Below are positions 53,783 to 64,000 of a stretch of 64,000 nt of DNA, piece by piece. Every line of letters starts with the position of its first letter. The stretch's first letter is position 1. Source of the DNA: Escherichia phage AV119; sequence record OR352949.1. One strand, written 5' to 3'. Position numbers and translations under genes: made by a program. The notes beneath the pieces were generated by a model. It was given only the letters and a program-made list of their open reading frames with translations, was not told where the DNA came from and did no database searches.

Positions 53783-56700
53783 ATGGCCGAGATTAAAAGA
53801 AAGTTCAGAGCAGAAGACGGTCTGGACGCAGGTGGTGATAAAATAATCAACGTAGCTTTAGCTGATCGTACCGTAGGAACTGACGGTGTTAACGTTGATT
53901 ACTTAATTCAAGAAAACACAGTTCAGCAATATGATCCAACTCGTGGATATTTAAAAGATTTTGTAATCATTTATGATAACCGCTTTTGGGCTGCTATAAA
54001 TGATATTCCAAAACCAGCAGGAGCTTTTAATAGCGTACGATGGAGAGCGTTACGTACTGATGCAAACTGGACAACTGTTTCGTCAGGACCTTATCAATTA
54101 AAATCAGGCGAATCGATTTCAGTTAACACCGCAGCTGGTAATGATATTACATTTACTTTACCATCTACCCCAATTGATGGTGATACTATCGTTCTCCAAG
54201 ATATTGGAGGAAAACCTGGAGTTAATCAGGTTTTAATTACAGCTCCGGTACAAAGCATTGTAAACTTTAGAGGTCAACAAGTACGCTCAGTACTAATGAC
54301 TCATCCAAAATCACAGATAGTTTTAATTTTTAGTAATCGTCTGTGGCAAATGTATGTTGCTGATTATAGTAGAGAAGCTGTAGTTGTAACTCCTGCGAGT
54401 CTCTATCAGGCACAATCAAACGATTTTATCGTACGTAGATTTACTTCTGCTTCAGCAATTAATATTAAACTTCCAAGATTTGCCAATCATGGCGATATTA
54501 TTAATTTCGTTGATTTGGATAAATTAAATCCTCTTTATCACACAATTGTTACTACATATGATGAAACAACTTCAGTACAAGAAGTTGGAACTCATTCCAT
54601 TGAAGGCCGTACATCGATTGACGGTTTCTTGATGTTTGATGATAATGAGAAATTGTGGAGATTGTTTGACGGGGATAGTAAAGCACGTTTACGCATTATA
54701 ACAACTAATTCTAATATTCGTCCAAACGAAGAAGTCATGGTATTTGGCGCGAATAATGGAACAACCCAAACAATTGAACTTCAGCTTCCGACTGATATTT
54801 CTGTTGGTGATACTGTCAAAATTTCCATGAATTACATGAGAAAAGGACAAACGGTTAAAATCAAAGCTGCAGGTGAAGATAAAATTGCTTCTTCAGTTCA
54901 ATTGCTGCAATTCCCAAAACGCTCAGAATATCCACCTGAAGCTGAGTGGGTTACAGTTCAAGAATTAGTTTTTAACGGTGAAACTAATTATGTTCCAGTT
55001 TTAGAGCTTGCTTATATAGAAGATTCTGACGGAAAATATTGGGTTGTACAGCAAAATGTTCCAACCGTAGAAAGAGTAGATTCTTTAAATGATTCTACTA
55101 GAGCAAGATTAGGTGTAATTGCTTTAGCTACACAAGCTCAAGCTAATGCTGATTTAGAAAATTCTCCACAAAAAGAATTGGCAATTACTCCAGAAACGTT
55201 AGCTAATCGTACTGCTACAGAAACTCGTAGAGGTATTGCAAGAATAGCAACTACTGCTCAAGTGAATCAGAACACCACATTCTCTTTTGCAGATGACCTT
55301 ATCATTACTCCTAAAAAGCTGAATGAAAGAACTGCTACAGAAACTCGTAGAGGTGTCGCAGAAATTGCTACGCAGCAAGAAACTAATGCAGGAACCGATG
55401 ATACTACAATCATTACTCCTAAAAAGCTTCAAGCTCGTCAAGGTTCTGAATCATTATCTGGTATTGTAACTTTTGTATCTACTGCAGGTGCTACTCCAGC
55501 TTCTAGCCGTGAATTAAATGGTACGAATGTTTATAATAAAAACACTAATAATTTAGTTGTTTCACCTAAAGCTTTGGATCAGTATAAAGCTACTCCAACA
55601 CAACAAGGTGCGGTAATTTTAGCAGTTGAAAGTGAAGTAATTGCTGGACAAAGTCAGGAAGGATGGGCAAATGCGGTTGTAACGCCAGAAACGTTACATA
55701 AAAAGACATCAACTGATGGAAGAATTGGTTTAATTGAAATTGCTACGCAAAGTGAAGTTAATACAGGAACTGATTATACTCGTGCAGTCACTCCTAAAAC
55801 TTTAAATGACCGTAGAGCAACTGAAAGTTTAAGTGGTATAGCTGAAATTGCTACACAGGTTGAATTCGACGCAGGCGTCGACGATACTCGTATCTCTACA
55901 CCATTAAAAATTAAAACCAGATTTAATAGTACTGATCGTACTTCTGTTGTTGCTCTATCTGGATTAGTTGAATCAGGAACTCTCTGGGACCATTATACCC
56001 TTAATATTCTTGAAGCAAATGAGACACAGCGTGGTACACTTCGTGTAGCTACACAGGTTGAAGCTGCTGCAGGAACATTAGATAATGTTTTAATAACTCC
56101 TAAAAAGCTTTTAGGTACTAAATCTACCGAATCGCAAGAAGGTGTTATTAAAGTTGCAACTCAGTCTGAAACTGTGACTGGAACGTCAGCAAATACTGCT
56201 GTATCTCCAAAAAATTTAAAATGGATTGTGCAGAGTGAACCTACTTGGGCAGCGACTACTGCGATAAGAGGTTTTGTTAAAACTTCGTCTGGTTCAATTA
56301 CATTCGTTGGTAATGATACAGCTGGTTCAACACAGCCATTAGAATCATATGAGAAAAATGGTTATGCAGTATCACCATATGAATTAAATCGCGTATTAGC
56401 AAATTATTTGCCGTTAAAAGCAAAAGCCGTAGATAGTAATTTATTAGATGGTCTAGATTCGCTCCAGTTCATTCGTAGGGACATTGCACAAACAGTTAAT
56501 GGTTCACTAACCTTAACCCAACAAACGAATCTGAGTGCCCCTCTTGTATCATCTAGTACTGCTACATTCGGTGGATCAGTTTCAGCAAATAGTACATTAA
56601 CTATTTCTAATACTGGAACGGCAACTCGTCTGATTTTTGAGAAAGGACCTCAAACTGGAACTAACCCAGCACAGACGATGACTATTAGAGTTTGGGGAAA

Positions 56701-57652
56701 TCAGTTTGGCGGCGGTTCAGATACAACACGTTCTACTGTATTTGAAGTTGGTGATGAAACGTCTAATCACTTTTATTCTCAACGTAATAAAGCTGGGAAT
56801 ATAACGTTTAGTATCAATGGTACTGTAATGCCAATAAACATTAATGCTTCGGGTTCTTTAAATGCGAATGGCGTTGCAACATTTGGTAGTTCAGTTACTG
56901 CTAATGGCGAATTCATCAGCAAGTCTGCAAATGCTTTTAGAGCAATAAACGGTGATTATGGATTCTTTATTCGCAATGATGCTGCCAACACATATTTTAT
57001 GCTTACTGCATCGGGTGATCAGACTGGCGGATTTAATGGATTACGTCCTTTAGCTATTAATAATGCATCTGGCCAAGTAACGATTGGTGAAAGCTTAATC
57101 ATTGCCAAAGGTGCTACTATAAATTCAGATGGTTTGACTGTTAACTCGAGAATTCGTTCTCAGGGTACTAAAACATCTGATTTATATACCCGCGCACCAA
57201 CATCTGATACTGTAGGATTCTGGTCAATCGATATTAACGATTCAGCCACTTATAACCAGTTCCCGGGTTATTTTAAAATGGTTGAAAAAACTAATGAAGT
57301 GACTGGACTTCCATACTTAGAACGTGGCGAAGAAGTTAAATCTCCTGGTACACTGACTCAGTTTGGTAACACACTTGATTCGCTTTACCAAGATTGGATT
57401 ACTTATCCAACAACACCAGAAGCGCGTACCACTCGCTGGACACGTACATGGCAGAAAACCAAAAACTCTTGGTCAAGTTTTGTTCAGGTATTTGATGGAG
57501 GTAACCCTCCTCAGCCGTCTGATATCGGTGCTTTACCATCTGATAATGCCACAATGGGTAATCTTACTATTCGTGATTTCTTACGAATTGGTAATGTTCG
57601 CATTATTCCTGACCCAGTGAATAAAACTGTTAAATTTGAATGGGTTGAATAA
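53783..57652 (+). CDS. 34: long tail fibre proximal subunit gp34
   Basis: 1289 aa as T4 gp34; internal repeats; late promoter upstream. Confidence 0.95.
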   Translation: MAEIKRKFRAEDGLDAGGDKIINVALADRTVGTDGVNVDYLIQENTVQQYDPTRGYLKDFVIIYDNRFWAAINDIPKPAGAFNSVRWRALRTDANWTTVSSGPYQLKSGESISVNTAAGNDITFTLPSTPIDGDTIVLQDIGGKPGVNQVLITAPVQSIVNFRGQQVRSVLMTHPKSQIVLIFSNRLWQMYVADYSREAVVVTPASLYQAQSNDFIVRRFTSASAINIKLPRFANHGDIINFVDLDKLNPLYHTIVTTYDETTSVQEVGTHSIEGRTSIDGFLMFDDNEKLWRLFDGDSKARLRIITTNSNIRPNEEVMVFGANNGTTQTIELQLPTDISVGDTVKISMNYMRKGQTVKIKAAGEDKIASSVQLLQFPKRSEYPPEAEWVTVQELVFNGETNYVPVLELAYIEDSDGKYWVVQQNVPTVERVDSLNDSTRARLGVIALATQAQANADLENSPQKELAITPETLANRTATETRRGIARIATTAQVNQNTTFSFADDLIITPKKLNERTATETRRGVAEIATQQETNAGTDDTTIITPKKLQARQGSESLSGIVTFVSTAGATPASSRELNGTNVYNKNTNNLVVSPKALDQYKATPTQQGAVILAVESEVIAGQSQEGWANAVVTPETLHKKTSTDGRIGLIEIATQSEVNTGTDYTRAVTPKTLNDRRATESLSGIAEIATQVEFDAGVDDTRISTPLKIKTRFNSTDRTSVVALSGLVESGTLWDHYTLNILEANETQRGTLRVATQVEAAAGTLDNVLITPKKLLGTKSTESQEGVIKVATQSETVTGTSANTAVSPKNLKWIVQSEPTWAATTAIRGFVKTSSGSITFVGNDTAGSTQPLESYEKNGYAVSPYELNRVLANYLPLKAKAVDSNLLDGLDSLQFIRRDIAQTVNGSLTLTQQTNLSAPLVSSSTATFGGSVSANSTLTISNTGTATRLIFEKGPQTGTNPAQTMTIRVWGNQFGGGSDTTRSTVFEVGDETSNHFYSQRNKAGNITFSINGTVMPININASGSLNANGVATFGSSVTANGEFISKSANAFRAINGDYGFFIRNDAANTYFMLTASGDQTGGFNGLRPLAINNASGQVTIGESLIIAKGATINSDGLTVNSRIRSQGTKTSDLYTRAPTSDTVGFWSIDINDSATYNQFPGYFKMVEKTNEVTGLPYLERGEEVKSPGTLTQFGNTLDSLYQDWITYPTTPEARTTRWTRTWQKTKNSWSSFVQVFDGGNPPQPSDIGALPSDNATMGNLTIRDFLRIGNVRIIPDPVNKTVKFEWVE

Positions 57653-57660
57653 GAGGTATT

Positions 57661-58776
57661 ATGGAAAAATTTATGGCAGAGTTTGGACAAGGATATGTCC
57701 AAACGCCATTTTTATCGGAAAGTAATTCAGTAAGATACAAAATAAGTATAGCGGGTTCTTGCCCGCTTTCTACAGCAGGACCATACGTTAAATTTCAGGA
57801 TAATCCTATAGGAAATCAAACATTTAGCGCAGGTCTTCATTTAAGAGTTTTTGACCCTTCCACGGGAGCATTAGTTGATAGTAAGTCATATGCTTTTTCT
57901 ACTTCAAATGATACTACATCAGCTGCTTTTGTTAGTTTCATGAATTCTTTGACGAATAATAGAATTGTTGCTATATTAACTAACGGAAAGGTTAATTTTC
58001 CTCCTGAAGTAGTATCTTGGTTAAGAACAGCTGGAACGTCTGCTTTTCCATCTGATTCTATATTGTCAAGATTCGACGTATCATATGCTGCTTTTTACAC
58101 TTCTTCTAAAAGAGCTATCGCATTAGAGCATGTTAAACTGAGCAACAGAAAAAGCACGGATGATTATCAAACTATTTTAGATGTTGTATTTGACAGTTTA
58201 GAAGATGTCGGAGCTACCGGGTTTCCAAGAAGAACGTATGAAAGCGTTGAGCAATTTATGTCAGCGGTTGGTGGAACTAATAACGAAATTGCGAGATTGC
58301 CAACTTCAGCTGCTATAAGTAAATTATCTGATTATAATTTAATTCCTGGAGATGTTCTTTATCTTAAAGCCCAGTTATATGCTGATGCCGATTTACTTGC
58401 TCTTGGAACTACGAATATATCCATTCGATTTTATAATGCATCAAATGGATATATTTCCTCAACACAGGCTGAATTTACCGGGCAAGCTGGATCTTGGGAA
58501 TTAAAGGAAGATTATGTAGTTGTTCCAGAAAACGCTGTAGGATTTACGATATATGCACAAAGAACTGCACAAGCTGGTCAAGGCGGCATGAGAAATTTAA
58601 GCTTTTCTGAAGTATCAAGAAATGGCGGCATTTCAAAACCTGCTGAATTTGGCGTCAACGGTATTCGCGTTAATTATGTCTGTGAATCTGCTTCACCTCC
58701 GGATATAATGGTACTTCCTACGCAAGCATCGTCTAAAACTGGTAAAGTGTTTGGACAAGAATTTAGAGAAGTTTAA
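57661..58776 (+). CDS. 35: long tail fibre hinge protein gp35
   Basis: 371 aa (T4 372). Confidence 0.9.
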   Translation: MEKFMAEFGQGYVQTPFLSESNSVRYKISIAGSCPLSTAGPYVKFQDNPIGNQTFSAGLHLRVFDPSTGALVDSKSYAFSTSNDTTSAAFVSFMNSLTNNRIVAILTNGKVNFPPEVVSWLRTAGTSAFPSDSILSRFDVSYAAFYTSSKRAIALEHVKLSNRKSTDDYQTILDVVFDSLEDVGATGFPRRTYESVEQFMSAVGGTNNEIARLPTSAAISKLSDYNLIPGDVLYLKAQLYADADLLALGTTNISIRFYNASNGYISSTQAEFTGQAGSWELKEDYVVVPENAVGFTIYAQRTAQAGQGGMRNLSFSEVSRNGGISKPAEFGVNGIRVNYVCESASPPDIMVLPTQASSKTGKVFGQEFREV

Positions 58777-58780
58777 ATTG

Positions 58781-58806
58781 AGGGAGCCTTCGGGTTCCCT
58801 TTTTCT
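58781..58806 (+). terminator. terminator after gene 35
   Basis: gggagccTTCGggttccc then ctttttcttt. Confidence 0.7.
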
Positions 58807-58807
58807 T

Positions 58808-58815
58808 TATAAATA
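58808..58815 (+). promoter_or_regulatory. late promoter for gene 36
   Basis: exact TATAAATA 24 nt before ATG. Confidence 0.75.
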
Positions 58816-58838
58816 CTATTAAAATAAAGGGGCATACA

Positions 58839-59495
58839 ATGGCTGATTTAAAAGTAGGTTCAACAACCGGAGGCTCTGTCATTTGGCATCAAGGAAATTT
58901 TCCATTGAATCCAGCCGGTGACGATGTACTCTATAAATCATTTAAAATATATTCAGAATATAATAAACCACAAGCTGCAGATAACGATTTCGTTTCTAAA
59001 GCTAATGGTGGTACTTATTTAAATAAAGTAATTTTTAATAAAGGAATGACTGTTCCTGGCGCAGGGTCAGGTGATAATGGTATTTTTGCTGGTCCTGGTG
59101 ATAGTGCCACGTATGATACTACAAATATGGATATTGTTTCGTGGTATGGTATTGGTTTTAAATCATCACAAGGAACAGCAGGTAGAACTGTAGTAATTAA
59201 CACGCGAAATGGAGATATTAGCTCAAAGGGTGTAATTGAAGCATCACAAATCCGTGTAACTTCGTTATCACCAGTAAATAATTATGACCTTACGCGGAAA
59301 GATTATGTTGATGGAGCAATAAATATTGTTACAGCAAACGCAAACTCTAGGGTATTACGCTCTGGAGACACTATGACAGGAAATTTAACTGCGCCAAACC
59401 TTTTTTCACAGAATCCTGCATCTCAACCCTCACATGTTCCACGATTTGATCAAATTGTTATTAAGGATTCTGTTCAAGATTTCGGCTATTATTAA
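58839..59495 (+). CDS. 36: long tail fibre proximal-distal connector gp36
   Basis: 218 aa (T4 221); late promoter upstream. Confidence 0.9.
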   Translation: MADLKVGSTTGGSVIWHQGNFPLNPAGDDVLYKSFKIYSEYNKPQAADNDFVSKANGGTYLNKVIFNKGMTVPGAGSGDNGIFAGPGDSATYDTTNMDIVSWYGIGFKSSQGTAGRTVVINTRNGDISSKGVIEASQIRVTSLSPVNNYDLTRKDYVDGAINIVTANANSRVLRSGDTMTGNLTAPNLFSQNPASQPSHVPRFDQIVIKDSVQDFGYY

Positions 59496-59503
59496 GAGGA
59501 CTT

Positions 59504-62500
59504 ATGGCTACTTTAAAACAAATACAATTTAAAAGAAGCAAAACTGCAGGAGCACGTCCTGCCGCTTCAGTATTAGCCGAAGGTGAATTGGCTATAAACT
59601 TAAAAGACCGTGTACTTTTTACTAAAGATGACCAAGGAAATATTATTGATCTGGGTTTTGCTAAAGGCGGTAATATTGACGGGAATGTTATTCATACAGG
59701 CAATTATAACCAAACTGGCGATTATACTTTAAATGGCGTCTTCACTCAGACTGGTAATTTTAATTTAACTGGTATTGCTCGAGTAACTCGCGATATTATT
59801 GCCGCTGGGCAGATTATGACTGAAGGCGGAGAACTTATTACAAAAAGTTCAGGTACAGCGCATGTTAGTTTTTTCGATAACAATAGTCGCGAACGCGGAA
59901 TCATTTATGCCCCGGCTAATGATGGTTTAACTACACAAGTACTTAATATCAGGGTTCAAGACTACGCCGCTGGTAGCGAAAGCATTTATGCATTTTCAGG
60001 CAGTGGACTATTTACTTCACCTGAAGTATCAGCATGGAAATCTATTTCGTCTCCACAAATTCTAACCAACAAAGTCATTACTAATAATAAATCTACGGGT
60101 GATTATGACATCTATTCGATGGCAGACAATGTTCCATTGTCTGAAAGCACTACTGCTATTAATCATCTTCGTGTCATGCGTAATGCCGTTGGTTCTGGTA
60201 TTTTCCATGAAGTTAAAGATAATGATGGAATAACTTGGTATGCAGGTGATGGACTTGACACCTATCTTTGGTCATTTACTTGGAGCGGCGGAATTAAATC
60301 AAGTCACTCAATTTCTATTGGTTTAACACCTGGTAATAAAGATTATTCAATATTAGGACCATCTAGTATTGCTTTAGGAGATAATGATACTGGATTTAAA
60401 TGGCATCAAGATGGATATTATTTTAGCGTTAATAATGGAACAAAAACGTTTTTATTTAGTCCTAGCGAAACAACTAGCCTAAGAAAATTTGTAGCTGGAT
60501 ATTCTACTAACGGAACCGATTTAACTACTCCTCCAACTGAAAATTATGCTCTTGCTACTGTCGTGACATACCATGATAATAACGCGTTTGGGGATGGTCA
60601 GACTCTTTTAGGATATTATCAAGGCGGTAACTATCATCATTATTTCCGCGGCAAGGGCACTACAAACATTAATACTCACGGCGGTTTGTTAGTTACTCCA
60701 GGCAATATTGACGTTATTGGTGGTTCTGTTAATATCGATGGTAGAAATAATGCTTCTACAGCGCTGTTTAAAGGTAACACAACAGGTAGTAGTTCTGTGG
60801 ATAACATGACAATTTCTGTGTGGGGTAATACATTTACTAATCCTAGCGAAGGTAATCGCAAAAATGTCATGGAAATTTCCGATGCAACTAGCTGGATGAG
60901 CTATATTCAAAGACTTACAACAGGTGAAGTAGAAATGAACGTTAACGGTTCATTTGAATCATCTGGTGTTACTGCTGGAAATAGAGGAGTTCACACAACA
61001 GGCGAAATTTCATCTGGAGCAGTGAATGCGCTTCGCATTTGGAACGCAGATTATGGAGCTATTTTTAGACGTTCAGAAGGCAGTCTTCATATTATTCCAA
61101 CTGCTTACGGTGAAGGTAAACACGGCGATATCGGTCCACTTCGCCCGTTTAGTATGGCTTTAGATACTGGTAAAGTTACTATTCCAGATTTACAATCAAG
61201 TTACAATACGTTCGCTGCTAACGGTTATATTAAATTTGTTGGTCATGGCGCAGGCGCTGGCGGTTATGATATTCAATATGCTCAAGCGGCTCCTATTTTC
61301 CAGGAAATCGATGATGATGCTGTAAGCAAATATTATCCTATTGTTAAACAGAAGTTTCTAAACGGTAAATCCGTTTGGTCTTTAGGTACTGAAATTAATT
61401 CAGGTACATTCGTTATTCATCATCTGAAAGAAGATGGTTCACAAGGCCATACGTCTCGTTTTAATCAAGACGGTACTGTTAACTTCCCAGATAACGTTCA
61501 GGTCGGCGGCGGTGAAGCTACTATTGCTCGTAATGGTAATATTTTCTCAGATATTTGGAAATCGTTTACTTCTGCAGGAGACACTACAAATATTCGTGAC
61601 GCAATAGCTACTCGTGTTGCTAAAGAAGGCGATACGATGACCGGTAAGTTGATTATTAGAAGAGATTCTGACGCTATTAACTTAGCTGCGCCTTCGACAA
61701 CTGATGCAAGTTACCTTCTTTCTACGGGCGCTGGTGAAAATCTATGGTATATTGGTAAAGGCGGCGCTGATAATACTGTATCATTCTACAACTATAAAAC
61801 CAGTGGGGCTGTGCAAATTAACTCTATTGGTGAAATTGCGCTGATTCCACAAGGTGCTGCAACATTTAACTTTAACCGCGATCGTCTCCATATAAATGGG
61901 ACTCAATGGACTGCACATCAAGCTGGTGACTGGGGTAACCAATGGCGTCAAGAAGCTCCTATATTTGTGGATTTTGGTAGTGTCGGCAATGACTGCTATT
62001 ATCCTATTATTAAAGGAAAATCTGTTATTACGAATGAAGGATACGTATCTGGTGTTGATTTCGGTATGCGACGCATTACTAATAACTGGGCACAAGGTAT
62101 TATCCGTGTAGGTAATCAGGAAAACGGTTCCGACCCACAAGCTATCTTCGAATTCCACCATAATGGAAACATGTACGTTCCTGACATGGTTAAAGCTGGA
62201 GTAAGAATATCAGCTGGTGGAGGTGACCCTGTATGGACAGGCGCATGCGTTGTTATTGGTGATAATGATACCGGATTAGTTCATGGCGGTGACGGTCGTA
62301 TTAACATGGTTGCAAATGGAACGCATATTGCATCATGGGGCACGATGTATCAATCTCATCCAGGCCTTTGGGATTCAAATGGAGCTTTTTGGACAGAAGT
62401 TGGCAAAGCAATTATTTCTCATGGCCATTTAGTTCAGGCGAATGACAGTTATTCCACATATGTCCGCGATGTTTATGTCCGCTCTGATATTCGTGTTAAA

Positions 62501-62818
62501 AAGAACCTAGTTAAATTTGAAAATGCTTCTGAGAAGCTTTCAAAAATTAATGGTTACACTTATATGCAGAAGCGAGGCCTAGATGAAGAAGGTAATCAAA
62601 AATGGGAACCTAATGCCGGTTTAATTGCCCAAGAAGTTCAAGCTATTTTACCTGAATTAGTTGAAGGCGATCAGGATAGTGAAGCTTTACTTCGTTTGAA
62701 CTATAACGGTGTAATTGGTTTAAATACAGCTGCAATCAATGAGCATACTGCAGAAATTGCAGAACTTAAGTCAGAGATTGAAGAGCTTAAAAAATTAGTT
62801 AAATCATTGTTAAAATAA
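59504..62818 (+). CDS. 37: long tail fibre distal subunit gp37, T2-type with C-terminal intramolecular-chaperone (S74-like) domain
   Basis: 1104 aa; N-terminus MATLKQIQFKRSK as gp37; C-terminal RSDIRVKKN...NYNGVIGLNTAAINEHTAEIAELK. Confidence 0.9.
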   Translation: MATLKQIQFKRSKTAGARPAASVLAEGELAINLKDRVLFTKDDQGNIIDLGFAKGGNIDGNVIHTGNYNQTGDYTLNGVFTQTGNFNLTGIARVTRDIIAAGQIMTEGGELITKSSGTAHVSFFDNNSRERGIIYAPANDGLTTQVLNIRVQDYAAGSESIYAFSGSGLFTSPEVSAWKSISSPQILTNKVITNNKSTGDYDIYSMADNVPLSESTTAINHLRVMRNAVGSGIFHEVKDNDGITWYAGDGLDTYLWSFTWSGGIKSSHSISIGLTPGNKDYSILGPSSIALGDNDTGFKWHQDGYYFSVNNGTKTFLFSPSETTSLRKFVAGYSTNGTDLTTPPTENYALATVVTYHDNNAFGDGQTLLGYYQGGNYHHYFRGKGTTNINTHGGLLVTPGNIDVIGGSVNIDGRNNASTALFKGNTTGSSSVDNMTISVWGNTFTNPSEGNRKNVMEISDATSWMSYIQRLTTGEVEMNVNGSFESSGVTAGNRGVHTTGEISSGAVNALRIWNADYGAIFRRSEGSLHIIPTAYGEGKHGDIGPLRPFSMALDTGKVTIPDLQSSYNTFAANGYIKFVGHGAGAGGYDIQYAQAAPIFQEIDDDAVSKYYPIVKQKFLNGKSVWSLGTEINSGTFVIHHLKEDGSQGHTSRFNQDGTVNFPDNVQVGGGEATIARNGNIFSDIWKSFTSAGDTTNIRDAIATRVAKEGDTMTGKLIIRRDSDAINLAAPSTTDASYLLSTGAGENLWYIGKGGADNTVSFYNYKTSGAVQINSIGEIALIPQGAATFNFNRDRLHINGTQWTAHQAGDWGNQWRQEAPIFVDFGSVGNDCYYPIIKGKSVITNEGYVSGVDFGMRRITNNWAQGIIRVGNQENGSDPQAIFEFHHNGNMYVPDMVKAGVRISAGGGDPVWTGACVVIGDNDTGLVHGGDGRINMVANGTHIASWGTMYQSHPGLWDSNGAFWTEVGKAIISHGHLVQANDSYSTYVRDVYVRSDIRVKKNLVKFENASEKLSKINGYTYMQKRGLDEEGNQKWEPNAGLIAQEVQAILPELVEGDQDSEALLRLNYNGVIGLNTAAINEHTAEIAELKSEIEELKKLVKSLLK

Positions 62819-62848
62819 TAAGAGGGGCTTCGGCCCTTGGAGGTTTAT

Positions 62849-63640
62849 ATGGCAGTTGAAGGACCGTGGGTAGGATGGTCTGCGAGGGTACAAACTGGAG
62901 ACCCTTGGATGGGTGGTGCCGCACAGAGATTGAGAATGGGAATTCCGTTTTGGATGAGTAATATGATAGGTCGATCTGTTGAAGTAATTCACACGCTTGG
63001 AGCAGACCATAACTTCAATGGTCAATGGTTCCGAGATAGATGTTTTGAGGCAGGTAATGCACCTATAGTGTTTAATATTACAGGTGATTTAGTATCATAT
63101 TCTAAAGATGTTCCTTTATTCTTCATGTACGGAGATACACCAAATGAATATGTTCAGTTAAATATTATTGGCGCTCATATGTGGGGTAGAGGTGGACAAG
63201 GTGGATGGACTCATTCCGGTGGAGATGGTAATGGACAACAAGGCGGGCATTGTATTCAAAACGACATTGGTGGACGATTAAGAATTAACAATGGTGGAGT
63301 AATCTGTGGTGGCGGAGGCGGTGGTGGCGGCATTGCTTACCGTGTTCACTCAGGGGCAAACTGGCAAGATATTGGTGGTGGCGGCGGAAGACCATTTGGC
63401 CCAGGTGGTGGCGGTGGTTACTCAGGTGGCGCAGCTTCATACGTCGCCCCAGGAGGTGGTTACCAATACGGAAATGCTCACTCTGGCCAGGGCGGCGATG
63501 CCGGAGGAAATGGACAAAATGCCTGGTCTGATGGTGGTAAAGTTCTAAAGGTTGGTGCAGGAGGAGCAGCAGGTTATGCTGTCATAGGATCTGCTCCAAC
63601 TTGGCAAAATGTTGGAGTAATATATGGTCCAAGAGTATAA
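62849..63640 (+). CDS. 38: gp38 receptor-binding adhesin, T2-type with glycine-rich motifs
   Basis: 263 aa from ATG 62849 (SD ggagg); poly-Gly runs GGGGGGG, GGGGG, GGGGG. Confidence 0.85.
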   Translation: MAVEGPWVGWSARVQTGDPWMGGAAQRLRMGIPFWMSNMIGRSVEVIHTLGADHNFNGQWFRDRCFEAGNAPIVFNITGDLVSYSKDVPLFFMYGDTPNEYVQLNIIGAHMWGRGGQGGWTHSGGDGNGQQGGHCIQNDIGGRLRINNGGVICGGGGGGGGIAYRVHSGANWQDIGGGGGRPFGPGGGGGYSGGAASYVAPGGGYQYGNAHSGQGGDAGGNGQNAWSDGGKVLKVGAGGAAGYAVIGSAPTWQNVGVIYGPRV

Positions 63641-63671
63641 TTTTGAATAAATACCCCTAAAAGGAGGGTCT

Positions 63672-64000
63672 ATGGCAGCACCTAGAATATCATTTTCGCC
63701 CTCTGATATTCTATTTGGTGTTCTAGATCGCTTGTTCAAAGATAACGCTACCGGGAAAGTTCTTGCTTCCCGGGTAGCTGTCGTAATTCTTTTGTTTATG
63801 ATGGCGATTGTTTGGTATAGGGGAGATAGTTTCTTTGAGTACTATAAGCAATCAAAGTATGAAACATACAGTGAAATTATTGAAAAGGAAAGAAATGCAC
63901 GCTTTGAATCTGTCGCCCTGGAACAACTCCAGATAGTTCATATATCATCTGAGGCAGACTTTAGTGCGGTGTATTCTTTCCGCCCTAAAAACTTAAACTA
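63672..64000 (+). CDS. t: holin T (N-terminal part; runs off the window end)
   Basis: MAAPRISFSPSDILFGVLDRLFKDNATGKVLASRVAVVILLF; SD aaggaggg. Confidence 0.9.
   Translation, partial: MAAPRISFSPSDILFGVLDRLFKDNATGKVLASRVAVVILLFMMAIVWYRGDSFFEYYKQSKYETYSEIIEKERNARFESVALEQLQIVHISSEADFSAVYSFRPKNLN

Noticed and set aside
63290-63600. Glycine-rich GGT/GGC repeat region considered as a simple repeat or CRISPR-like array
   Set aside because: In frame within gp38 and encodes poly-Gly tracts; no repeat-spacer periodicity
63545-63739. 64-aa minus-strand ORF spanning the 38/t junction
   Set aside because: Antisense to gp38 and holin t with no start signals

Overview
This window is a contiguous segment of a T-even (T4-like) myovirus genome running from gene 16 (terminase small subunit) to the start of gene t (holin). 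Gene order and protein lengths follow the phage T4 map almost gene for gene; all T4 comparisons below are from memory, not a database search. Plus-strand late blocks: 16-17-18-19-20-67-68-21-22-23-24 (packaging, tail sheath/tube, portal, head), 51-27-28-29-48-54 (baseplate hub, tape measure) and 34-35-36-37-38-t (long tail fibre, adhesin, holin). Minus-strand blocks: rnlB-hoc-inh, uvsY-25-26, and a long early cluster (alt, DNA ligase 30, 30.x ORFs, rIII, 31, cd, pseT, spanins, alc, rnlA, denA, nrdB, nrdA, td, frd, 32, 59, 33, dsbA, rnh). It is not T4 itself: it carries an HNH endonuclease between 18 and 19, a 1090-nt nrdB group I intron with a full-length HNH ORF, an uninterrupted td, an extra ORF between frd and td, no mobE or segG, and T2-type gp37/gp38. 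Exact TATAAATA late-promoter boxes, GTTTAC-type early promoters, GC-hairpin terminators and the gene 32 operator pseudoknot are visible. No tRNA, rRNA or CRISPR array was found. I found no clearly new multi-gene system. The most checkable leads are a NADAR-domain protein in the alt/ligase neighbourhood, a one-base frameshift truncating rnlB, a stop-interrupted alt paralog, short inverted repeats bracketing early-promoter -10 boxes, and two sub-60-codon ORFs.
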